A stretch of DNA of 20,000 bases from Chiloscyllium plagiosum (lineage: Eukaryota). The stretch lies in assembly GCF_004010195.1 (NCBI RefSeq), contig NC_057758.1, forward strand, positions 4,237,746 to 4,257,745, written 5' to 3'. Below, in pieces: positions 1-9,274 of the stretch (the first letter of the stretch is position 1; the number at the start of each line of letters is the position of its first letter). The notes below the pieces were generated by a model. The model worked only from the letters and a program-made list of their open reading frames with translations. It did no database searches and was not told where the DNA came from. The translations under genes and the position numbers were made by a program.

Positions 1-489
1 AAATGTTGTTCAAGAAATCGATTAGGGATCATCCTCGGAATGAAAGACAAGCTACTCTTCCGTCAGTGGTGGCCGAAGTATTAGAGATCATACTGAGACA
101 CAAGAGTTTAGGGACTTTAAATTCGTAGCTTGATTTGACATAGCCATCATGTTTTTTTTGTGGGACAGCACTGCCTCACAAACATTATTGACTTCTTTGA
201 GTATGTGAAGAAAAACATGTTGCTGAAGGTAGAGCTGTGCATGTGGTGTCCAAGGCGTTTGATGACGTATCCCAATGGTCGGCTGATTCAGGAAGTAAGG
301 AGACATGAGATGCAGGGATATCTGTCTGTCTGGATACAGAGTTGGCAAGGCTCCAGGAGACAGAGTGCTGTGTTTGATGGAAGGTTTTTAGCCTGATCCT
401 TTTTGGCCAGTGGTGTTCACAGGAATCGGATCTGGCCCCTCTGCTGATTGTGATTTTTACAAATTACTTGGGTGAGGAAGTGGATCGGT
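1..489 (+). mobile_element. Decayed CR1-clade LINE fragment, ORF2 reverse transcriptase N-terminal part, cut by the assembly gap
   Basis: Remnant peptides SVVAEVLEII and GQHCLTNIIDFFEYV (ORF 160-396) match the CR1 ORF2 QHGF..GRSCLTNLIEFFE motif. Further on, ccagtggtgttcacaggaatcggatctggcccct matches SGVPQGSVLGPL. Many stops and frameshifts. Confidence 0.85.
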
Positions 490-1346
490 NNNNNNNNNNN
501 NNNNNNNNNNNNNNNNNNNNNNNNNNNNNNNNNNNNNNNNNNNNNNNNNNNNNNNNNNNNNNNNNNNNNNNNNNNNNNNNNNNNNNNNNNNNNNNNNNNN
601 NNNNNNNNNNNNNNNNNNNNNNNNNNNNNNNNNNNNNNNNNNNNNNNNNNNNNNNNNNNNNNNNNNNNNNNNNNNNNNNNNNNNNNNNNNNNNNNNNNNN
701 NNNNNNNNNNNNNNNNNNNNNNNNNNNNNNNNNNNNNNNNNNNNNNNNNNNNNNNNNNNNNNNNNNNNNNNNNNNNNNNNNNNNNNNNNNNNNNNNNNNN
801 NNNNNNNNNNNNNNNNNNNNNNNNNNNNNNNNNNNNNNNNNNNNNNNNNNNNNNNNNNNNNNNNNNNNNNNNNNNNNNNNNNNNNNNNNNNNNNNNNNNN
901 NNNNNNNNNNNNNNNNNNNNNNNNNNNNNNNNNNNNNNNNNNNNNNNNNNNNNNNNNNNNNNNNNNNNNNNNNNNNNNNNNNNNNNNNNNNNNNNNNNNN
1001 NNNNNNNNNNNNNNNNNNNNNNNNNNNNNNNNNNNNNNNNNNNNNNNNNNNNNNNNNNNNNNNNNNNNNNNNNNNNNNNNNNNNNNNNNNNNNNNNNNNN
1101 NNNNNNNNNNNNNNNNNNNNNNNNNNNNNNNNNNNNNNNNNNNNNNNNNNNNNNNNNNNNNNNNNNNNNNNNNNNNNNNNNNNNNNNNNNNNNNNNNNNN
1201 NNNNNNNNNNNNNNNNNNNNNNNNNNNNNNNNNNNNNNNNNNNNNNNNNNNNNNNNNNNNNNNNNNNNNNNNNNNNNNNNNNNNNNNNNNNNNNNNNNNN
1301 NNNNNNNNNNNNNNNNNNNNNNNNNNNNNNNNNNNNNNNNNNNNNN
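490..1346. other. Assembly gap (857 N)
   Basis: Run of N seen directly. ORFs spanning it in the track are artefacts. Confidence 1.
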
Positions 1347-3270
1347 CCCAGTAGAATTTATTCGTGTTGCCCCTATCAAAGATATTGAACACCCACCTTT
1401 CGGCTTTAAACTCCCTTTGCCACCACTTAGCTCAGCTCTGCAGGTTATCTACGCCCCTATGTAACCAGTAACATCATTCGGTACTATCCACAACACCACC
1501 GACATTAGTGTCATCCGCAAATTCACTAATCCATTTTCATATGCGTTCACCAACTCATTTATAAAAATGATAATCAGCAGTAGCCCGAAACAGATTGTTG
1601 CAGTACATCATGAGTAACGGAACTCCAGGATGAATATTTCCCATCAATGACCACGTTCTGTCTACTTTTAATGGCCAACTTCTGGTCGAAACCGCTAAAT
1701 CGACCTCAATTTTGTGCAGCAGCCTATTGTGGGGAAATAATAGCCTTATTGAAATCCCCATACACCACATCGACCGCTTTACCCTCATCTACCCATTTTC
1801 TCACCATCTCAAAGAAATCAATAAAGTGTACGAGGCAAGATCTCGCTTTGAAAAACCGTGGTAACTATCCCTTCTCGATTTATTCCTCTCCAGATGATTA
1901 TAAGTCCTATCGTCTATAACCTTTTTCCATCACTACGCACACACAAAGTAAAACACACTGGACCATAATTTCGATGGTTCATTCCACCCGCTACCATATT
2001 TGAATAAAGGGACGACATTTGCTACTCGCCAGTCTTCTGGCAATATCCTTGTAGGCAATAGCGACATAAAGATCAAAGCAAAAACTCTGCAATCTCCTCC
2101 CCGACATCCCAGTAAATCCTCGGATAAATCCTATCTGGTCGAAGGTACTTATTTATTTTCAGACTTTCCAGAATAGCGAAGACCTCTTCCTTGCGAACAT
2201 AAATTCCATCTCGTCCACTAGACTATATCTCCGTGTTCTCCTTGAAAACATTGTCCTTTTCGTGTGTGAACACTGACGAAAGTTATATATTTAGCACTTT
2301 CCCTATTTCCTTGGACTCCATACACAACTTCCCACAACTTTCATTGATTGACCCTAATCTTTCTCTACTTATCCTTTTATTTCTGACACACCGGCAGAAT
2401 GATTTAGGGTTTGCATTGATCCTATCCACCAGCGATGTCTCATGACCATTCCTGGTTCTTCTGAACTCTCTCTTTATGTCTTCAATGGCTGACTTGTAAC
2501 ACTCAAGCACCCTAAATGACCCTTCCCGTCTCATCCTAACATAAGTCTTCTTCTTTTGCTTGACAAGTGATTCAACTTCTTCAATAAACTGCGGATCCCT
2601 CGTTCGCCCAGTTCTTCCCTGCCTGACACACAGTCGCTGTTCATTGAATAAGCTCCACATTTCAATTGCGCCCATCACTGCAGTTTTCTTCCGCATCTTA
2701 CGCATCATTAAACTTGCTTAATCGCATCATATTTGCCTTTACCCCACCAATAACTGATGTCCTGTGTTATACAACTGAAGCTTTCCATCGCTAAAGGAAA
2801 CGTAACCGAATTGTGGTCACCATCGCCAAAGTGTTCACGTACTACCAAATCTAACACCTGGCCAGTAGCAAACTCCCAAGGGGTGAGCTCTGTTTTCCTG
2901 TTTCGAACCTCTGCCCATACTATGTCAGTAGACGAGTATTCAAGCATCCTGTCTGTCACCGTAATACTGTTCTTGACGAACAATGCCACACCACCCTATC
3001 TTTTAACATCTTATCTGTTATTTCTGAAACATCTAAATCCGGATCCTGCAACAAACATTACTATCCCTGCTCTATCCATGTCTCTAAAATGGTCATAATA
3101 TCGAAGTCCCAGGTAACAACCTCTGCTGCAAGTTCACCCATCTTATTCCGGATGCTCCTGGCATTGATGTAGACTTTCTTCAGACGACCTTCCTATTTAC
3201 CAGTAAACTCTTGATACCTTGAAACCATATTTCTGGCCTCTCTACTCTCAACCTCTTGGCACTGCATCCA
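1347..3270 (-). mobile_element. Decayed CR1-clade LINE ORF2, from the APE endonuclease N-terminus through the RT catalytic motif, with internal deletions
   Basis: The minus strand reads YINARSIRNKMGELAAEVVTWDFDIMTILETW (~3075-3175, endonuclease start) and GQVLDLVVREHFGDGDHNSVTF (~2800-2865). The linker reads RINANPKSFCRCVRNKRISRERLG (~2350-2425), and ISEFADDTNV (~1500-1530) carries the FADD catalytic motif. Confidence 0.92.
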
Positions 3271-3278
3271 CAATTTAC

Positions 3279-3870
3279 GTTGGCTTTCATTAGAAGGGGG
3301 ATTGAGTTTAAGAACTGTGACATTATGCTACTGTTCTATCGAACCCAGGTTCAACACACTTGGAATATTATATTCAGTTCTGCTCACCTCATTACAGAAG
3401 TGATGCGGAAGCTTTAGCAGAGATTTAACAGATGCTGTCTGAACTGGAGAACATGTATTATAAAGAAAGTGTGACGCAGCTCAGACTTTTCTCTTTTGGA
3501 GTTAAGAAGGATGACTTCATAGAGGTGTGCTAGGTGTTGAGAAGTAACGATAGCCAGAGGCATTTTCCCAGAGTGGAGATGTCTATCATGAGAGGGTCAC
3601 AAATTTAAGCTGATTGGAAGAAGTTTAAGGGGAGATGTCAGGGGTACGTTCTTTACACAGATAGTGGCGGGTGCGTGCACTGCACTGCGAACTGTGGAGT
3701 AGAGTCAGATACATTAGGGACATTTAAGCGACTCGTGGATAGGCAGATGAAAGTTGATTCAGTGAAAGATCTGCAGGTTTGTTTGATCTCAGAGCATGAT
3801 AAAAGGCTGGCAAAGCATCGAGGACCGAAGGGACTGTATATTACTATGCTCTTCTTCATTCTATGTTCTC
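3279..3870 (+). mobile_element. CR1-clade LINE 3' fragment including the 3' tail
   Basis: Starts at LAFIRRGIEFKN. Includes VESDTLGTFKRLVDRQM (ORF 3675-3914). Ends in a CR1-type tail: ccgaagggactgta...ttctatgttct. Confidence 0.85.
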
Positions 3871-4140
3871 CCAAGTTTGTGGGGCATGATCTCACACGCA
3901 CCAAAACATGCTGACTATTTTTAATCAAAACCTGTCTATCCAAATGCTTGCATATCTTAACTGTCAGAATCTAATCTTACTAACACAGATGTTTGTTTTG
4001 CTGCTCTGTACATCCAAGGATGTACTAAGTAGCCCTTCTCTAATAAGTGCACAATAATCGCTGTCGTCGAGTCTTCTGGGGTCACTCATGGCTAACACCG
4101 TTGCAAAAATGTCAGCCAGGATTACATAATTTCTTCTCTG
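3871..4140 (-). mobile_element. Heavily decayed CR1 RT N-terminal fragment
   Basis: The minus strand gives LIKNSQHVLVRVRSC (from QHGFV.GRSC) and remnants of the PEDWR.A..V.L..KG segment. Confidence 0.65.
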
Positions 4141-4558
4141 TTAATTGCTTAGTTGGTGCCACTGGCAACTATGTTACACACATTGGCATCTGCTTGTAAA
4201 TTTGGCACTGGGCTATTTTCAGAAACATGTAATCTCTCGATTTTTGGGAGTCCACATCACGTTTCTATCTCTACAGAGGCAAATCATGCGGTGGGCAGGT
4301 GAAATGCAACAGTTTATGTGAGTATCTGATCAACAACTCCTAAAACAGTTATTTATATGTAGACAACATCTCTGATCCGTTTTAAGTATTCTAAATGCGA
4401 TAGACAAAGCTCAGTGATCCTACAATGAATGAATCATATCACGCAAAATGAATGCAATTGCCTCAACCTTTGGATATAATCTGACGTGCTCGTCTCCTCA
4501 ATCCTCGAGGAAGGATTATGGAAGATTATGGAAGATCCCCTTTCCTTTGGCTGCTTAC

Positions 4559-4843
4559 TTTTCCATCTCTGGTCACAGCTAGAATTGTAGAAAGGAGTTT
4601 GGTCAGAAACATTTTTACGGAACCACTGTAGGTTCAAATTCAGAAATACACAGAGAACTGTCAGGCTTGTGCTGACAAAAAGCAAGGGAACTTTGTTTCA
4701 CACCGTTTTCAGTAAAGGCCGAATTCGAACAAAATGAAATCAAAACCAGTACCCGCCGCCACGGCCTTGATTCACATTGATGTTCCCATCGCTGAATGTC
4801 GCACAAGTAACATCCTGTGTTCACCACTCATTTCTAGCTGAAC
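4559..4843 (-). pseudogene. Candidate 285-bp phase 1-1 exon remnant resembling a type II membrane protein N-terminus, interrupted by three TGA stops
   Basis: Acceptor tgttgttttcag|G at 4844/4843 and donor AAA|gtaagc at 4559/4558. The frame reads ...FHFVRIRPLLKTV*NKVPLLFVSTSLTVLCVFLNLNLQWFRKNVSDQTPFYNSSCDQRWK: a basic segment, a hydrophobic stretch, then two N-X-S sequons. No family recognised with certainty. Confidence 0.35.
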
Positions 4844-4959
4844 CTGAAAACAACATTTATCCTGGTGTTACATCATCCATAGCATCAACTCTTGATTCTA
4901 CGTAGGATACAATTTTCCGTTTGATTAATAATCTGTTGAACACTTGAAAAATGACGATC

Positions 4960-5300
4960 TGCTCTATCCCCATAGGGGCAGCAGTGTGCATCTTGTACAA
5001 TATACACCGTTGCGGCTCGCAAAGGTCCCTTTGGCAGCACTTTCTGCAGCCATGAACAGTAACAAGAGAATAAAAGAGACGGCAAATCTAGTGATAACTT
5101 GATGGTCACTTTCAAACCAGAACGCATTAAGACATAGAACGACATGAGCGTTTCTTCACAATAATGGGGACAGAACTGTGTGCATTGCTTCCTGACAGCA
5201 CTGTCGCATGATCTGACCCCAGCACAGAGGTGCAGTGCCTCAAGTGAGGGAGTTCATCGCCACTTTCTGTAGGGCAATTGGTGTGAGAATTGTATGCTAC
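4960..5300 (+). mobile_element. Very decayed 3' end of a different non-LTR (CR1/L2-like) LINE family
   Basis: Patches gcagcagtgtgcatcttgtacaa, cagcactttc, cttcctgacagcactgt, tgcagtgcctcaag and ttctgtagggcaatt occur in the order expected for a common shark LINE 3' end. Recognised from memory, not aligned. Confidence 0.5.
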
Positions 5301-5315
5301 TTTGAAAAAGTGGTA

Positions 5316-5505
5316 GTGCGGCACTGGAAAATCACAACCGATCAGGCAGCAACCGAGGACCAGAAGAATCAGGCATAGGACCTACATCAATAAGGGCTTA
5401 TGCCCGGAACGTCAATTATCTTGCTTCTTGCATGTTGCCTGACCTTCTGTGCTTTTGCAGCAACACAATCTCGACTCTGATCTTCACTATATGCAGTCCT
5501 CACCT
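5316..5505. repeat. Imperfect foldback repeat of Penelope terminal-repeat type with a degenerate hammerhead-like core
   Basis: 5316-5379 (ctggaaaatcacaaccgatcaggcagcaaccgaggaccagaagaatc-aggcatagg) is an imperfect reverse complement of 5397-5466 (cttatgcccggaacgtcaattatcttgcttcttgcatgttgcctgaccttctgtgcttttgcag). Confidence 0.65.
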
Positions 5506-6260
5506 TTTTCTGCCATGAAAAAAAACACCGCACTCAGTAACGGAACGAGAACTAGCACCGATAAGCACAATGAAGAGGAATATTTGGTACACATTATGAC
5601 GCCTTATGGGATGTGATGTCGGAGGCAAGTAAACATTTGATACAGAATCAGGTGTAGAGCGATGGAATCTGCACCAGTGACCGATATGTGAGTCATTTCA
5701 TGAAAAAAAACGAGTCTCTAAGATTTCAGAGATTGTAAGTATTTTAAATATTCTCGCTGTTTAATGCATTTAACATTTTGTTTAAAAGACAATTCAGCAT
5801 ATTCTTCAACTGCTTGGTGAACTTAGTCTCAGACACAACATAATGACAACTTTTTTTACAGCAACTCAGGAAACGCAGCACAAAAGATATGTCACAAAAA
5901 AAAGGTCAGGCGTCCATGTCGGACTGTAACCAAAGATATACATGCATCTTAATATCGGATAAACAATCAGCATTGTCCATAGTAAGGCAAAACTCCCCGG
6001 GATAACAACAGTAAAACAATTCACTTCCTTCAATTATTCACGCTCATCTCCTTCTGTTCATCTCGCATGGCTAATATCACAAGTGATTGCACAACGTAAC
6101 TCAGAGTCCCCAAAGACATTTTTCGAAAACCAAATCAGATGTGTAAACTGAGAAATTACCAGGATTTGATGATTTCACCGAAAAAGAAATTCTATTTTTT
6201 GCAGTTATCTCCGAAGGTTAACAGAGGGTGGCATTGTACCACTAAACACAAGAACACACG

Positions 6261-6294
6261 GAGATAGAGAGACAGATAGAGAGAGTTTGTGTGG

Positions 6295-6343
<49 letters not shown>

Positions 6344-6355
6344 TGTGAGAGAGAT
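6261..6355. repeat. Compound (GA)n/(GT)n microsatellite
   Basis: Imperfect GA tract, then a GT tract at ~6288-6312, then a pure GA tract at ~6313-6340. Seen directly. Confidence 0.95.
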
Positions 6356-6434
6356 AGTCTAACCCTTTGATCCATCATGTTTTCATTCCTTCATTCAAAT
6401 TGTGTCCTGTTGCAGGCAGATTATCTTTGTCAAA

Positions 6435-6618
6435 TATACACATGCACACGAACAGAGACGCACCTACACACAGAGACACAGACACAGCTACATACAGTGA
6501 CACGCACGCATATATAAACAAAAAAAATCACAATTATTTGTACGCATGCATAACAAAACATACACACAAACAGGCACTCAAAGACAGGTACATATAGATA
6601 CACATACACAGACACTCA
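6435..6618. repeat. Degenerate CA-rich low-complexity tract
   Basis: Repeated caca/taca/gaca units. ORFs 6367-6597 and 6430-6615 are low-complexity artefacts of it. Confidence 0.8.
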
Positions 6619-6639
6619 ATGTGCCTCGGCATATTATCA

Positions 6640-7593
6640 GGGAAGTAGCTGAAAGGGGCGGAGAGGTCAGGAAGAAGATTGCAGGTTAGGAAGGCCGTGC
6701 TAAGTTCGAGGGATTTGACTGAGACAAGGTGGGGTGAAGGGAAATGAGGAAACTGGAGAAATCTGAGTTCATCCCTTGTGGTTGGATGATTCCAAGGCGG
6801 AAGATGAGGCGCTCTTCCTCCAACCGTCGTGTTGCTATGGTCTGGCGATGGAGAAGTCCAAGGACCTGCATGTCCTTGGAGGAGTGGGACGGGGAATTGA
6901 AGTGTTGAGCCACGGGGTGGTTGGGTTGGTTGGTCCAGGTGTCCCAGAGGTGTTCTCTGAAACGTTCTGCAAGTAGGCGGCCTGTCTCCCCAATATAGGG
7001 GAGGCCACATCGGGTGCAGTGGATCTAATAGATGATGTGTGTGGAGGTGCAGGTGAATTTGTGGCGGATATGGAAGCATCCCTTGGGGCCTTGGAGGGAA
7101 GTAAGGGGGGAGGTGTGGGCGCAAGTTTTGCATTTCTTGCAGTTGCTCGGGAAGGGGACGGGAGTAGAAGGTTGGTGGGGGGTGTGGACCAGACGAGGGA
7201 GTCACGGACGGAGTGGTCTTTTCGGAACGCTGATAGTGGAGGGGAGGGAAATATATACCTGGTGATGGAGTCCGTTTGGAGGTGGCGGAAATGACGGCGG
7301 ATGATATGCTGTACATGGAGGTTGGTGGGGTGGTAGGTGAGGACCAGTGGGGTTCTGTCCTGGTGGCGGTTGCAGGTGCGGGGCTCTAGGGCGGAGGAGC
7401 GGGAAGTGGAAGAGATGCGGTGGAGGGCATCGTCGACCACGTCTGGGGGGAAATTGCGGTCCTTGAAGAAGGAGGCCATCTGGGTTGTATGGGTTTGGAA
7501 CTGGTCCTCCTGGGAGCAGATGCGGCGGAGACGAAGGAATTGGGAATATGGGATGGCGTTTTTACAGGGGGCATGGTGGGAGGAGGTGCAGTC
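6640..7593 (-). mobile_element. Penelope-like retroelement fragment: RT C-terminal/thumb region, Cys-rich linker and GIY-YIG endonuclease, disrupted
   Basis: The minus strand reads TSSHHAPCKNAIPYSQFLRLRRICS..MASFFKDRNFP..RTPLVLTYHP. After a frameshift near 7170 it reads CKKCKTC..FTCTSTHIIY*IHCTRCGLPYIGETGRLLAERFREH..HPVAQHFN..RRLEEERLIFRLGIIQPQGMN. There is a TAG stop at 7025-7027. The segment is GC-rich with sharp boundaries. Confidence 0.93.
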
Positions 7594-7795
7594 TTAATCT
7601 TTCCAAACAACTCCAGTCTGTCCAATCTCTCTTCACGTCTGAAACTCTTCAGCTCATGCACGGTATTGGTCAATTGCATATCATCCCCAACCCACCCCCA
7701 TCCATTATAATCACATTCTTCCTATCTTGAGTATTCCATAAGGGCTCGCAATACTTTGCCTGTGCCCTGAGCAACATTTTGTACAGTTCCAGCTT
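7594..7795 (-). mobile_element. Decayed CR1 ORF2 C-terminal fragment
   Basis: The minus strand reads LELYKMLLRAQAKYC and ELKSFRREERLDRLELF, compared with CR1 LYKTLVRP.LEYC and YEERLDRLGLF. Confidence 0.7.
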
Positions 7796-8094
7796 TCTCA
7801 GCGGTACCACCACTGTTTAAAATCTTCTGTTAAGAGCTGAACGGCTGTCTGAGTCTGGGATAGAGCCCTGAGCAGCTGAGCAAGACGTCTCAAAACATTG
7901 CTGCTTTTACATGGAGACCTAGTTCTGGTACAGCATGCGAGTAGCTGAGGGATGGACCATACTCCTGACCATACCTAAGGACTCTCAGCCCACTGGCCAA
8001 CTTGCTTACCAGAAGGTCCAAAAGGCATTAAGCCAGTTAGGAGCGACTATTTATGAGGATTAGATTCTATCGCACTCATTGCAATTGACAAGAG

Positions 8095-8420
8095 TCAAAG
8101 ACAATATCATTGAAATATGCAATATTTGTAAGGGACGCGAAAGGTGAGGTGCAGAAATGCCATTTACCCAGAGGTCGAGTTGAGGACCAGGGAGATTCGT
8201 CTCATAATAATGGGTCACCGATTGAGGTGCAATTTCCTGTCTCAGAGGATAGTAAACCTTTGGAATTCTTTACCGCAGATGGCTGTGGAGGTTGGGTATT
8301 TCAGTATATTTAAGGCTGTGACAAATTAAGTTTAATCAGGATGGGGAATCGAGAGTTATGGGGAAAATGCAGGGAAGTCGATTCAGTATGATCTGAACAG
8401 TCGCAATCTCATGGAGTCCC
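8095..8420 (+). mobile_element. Decayed CR1 3' end fragment
   Basis: NFLSQRIVNLWNSLPQMAVEVGYFSIFKA (ORF 8144-8329) matches the CR1 FFSQRVVNLWNSLP C-terminal motif. It is followed by a gttatggggaaaatgcagg 3' segment. Confidence 0.8.
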
Positions 8421-8477
8421 AATGCAGTCTCGATGAGCGTTCTGTGGAGAGAAGATGCTATTTGGGTTAGTGAGACT

Positions 8478-8625
8478 CAACAAAACACAATACCCCAAGT
8501 ATGGTCTCGCTAAACCCCTGTATAACTTCAATGAGCCATCCCAACTTCTGAACTCCATTCCCCTTGCAGATAAGGCCAACATATCATTTGACTTGCATTA
8601 ACGGACGCAGTAAGTGAGCTGTTGA
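8478..8625 (-). mobile_element. Short decayed CR1 ORF2 fragment
   Basis: The minus strand reads LALSARGMEFRSWDGSLKLYRGLARPYLGYCVL, compared with LAFI.RG.E..S......LY..LVRP.LEYCVQ. Confidence 0.7.
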
Positions 8626-8730
8626 TTCCAAGCAACTTGAGAACATGGTCAGACAGGATAGTGACTGGTTCCGTTTCAGAGGAAATTTCGAACAAAATAA
8701 CATGCGAACAACAAAATTATTCAAATATTT

Positions 8731-9192
8731 TGTTATGGACCAGGCCTGCCACGCCATCAAAATATTTCAAGGAAGTAGCCCAGACCCTAACTTTGTTAAT
8801 TGTCTGAAGCAGGTGCAGAGCAGCTATTCCTGAGTGATGCAGCTGGCCCCACCAGTTAGTTTGCAGAAAATCAGAATTAATTTGCAAGATTAGCGAATGG
8901 AACACAAACAACAGAGACCAGAATATACACAAACGTAACCGATCTGAAAGCGGAACAGATTATCCCAACTTAATCATGTTGCAAATTACTGCAACAACCT
9001 CCATAAACGCGGCCTTGGCACAAAATATAAAATCAAACAGGGCCCACTGGGGAGAGACAGCAGAGAGATTTAGCATGGAATACCTTCTTCCATCGCTTAT
9101 TAGACCAGCAACCTCAAAACTGACTGATTACTTGCTCTAAACAGCCAGACTGCTCAATCTGAAACCAAACCAAGGGCAACATAACCGTGTCA
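8731..9192. mobile_element. LTR-like interspersed repeat (possible solo LTR), left-arm copy
   Basis: Begins TGTTATGGACCAG and has a possible ...TGTCA end. Non-coding, and resembles a shark LTR-type repeat from memory. The right boundary and target-site duplication are not established. Confidence 0.4.
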
Positions 9193-9274
9193 AAGAAGAA
9201 ACATGGTCAGACTTGGGAAACACAATCACCACATCCCAGACAAGGGGAGAGTTGAGAAAGTCGTGCCAGCACGG

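Noticed and set aside
417..1464. Long ORFs of 311-330 aa in the track
   Set aside because: Almost entirely X residues from the N gap.
4008..4025. Perfect hairpin gtacatcc-aa-ggatgtac
   Set aside because: An 8-bp stem inside a decayed CR1. Compatible with chance, with no functional context.
4509..4536. Short 10-bp tandem repeat (ggaagattat, about 2.5 copies)
   Set aside because: A simple slippage duplication, too short to be an array.
4698..4823. Three in-frame TGA codons as selenocysteine
   Set aside because: No selenoprotein-like context or SECIS element is recognisable. Nonsense decay or non-coding sequence is simpler.
6534..7730. Cluster of overlapping Pro- and Gly-rich ORFs on both strands
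   Set aside because: Off-frame and antisense readings of the GC-rich Penelope fragment.
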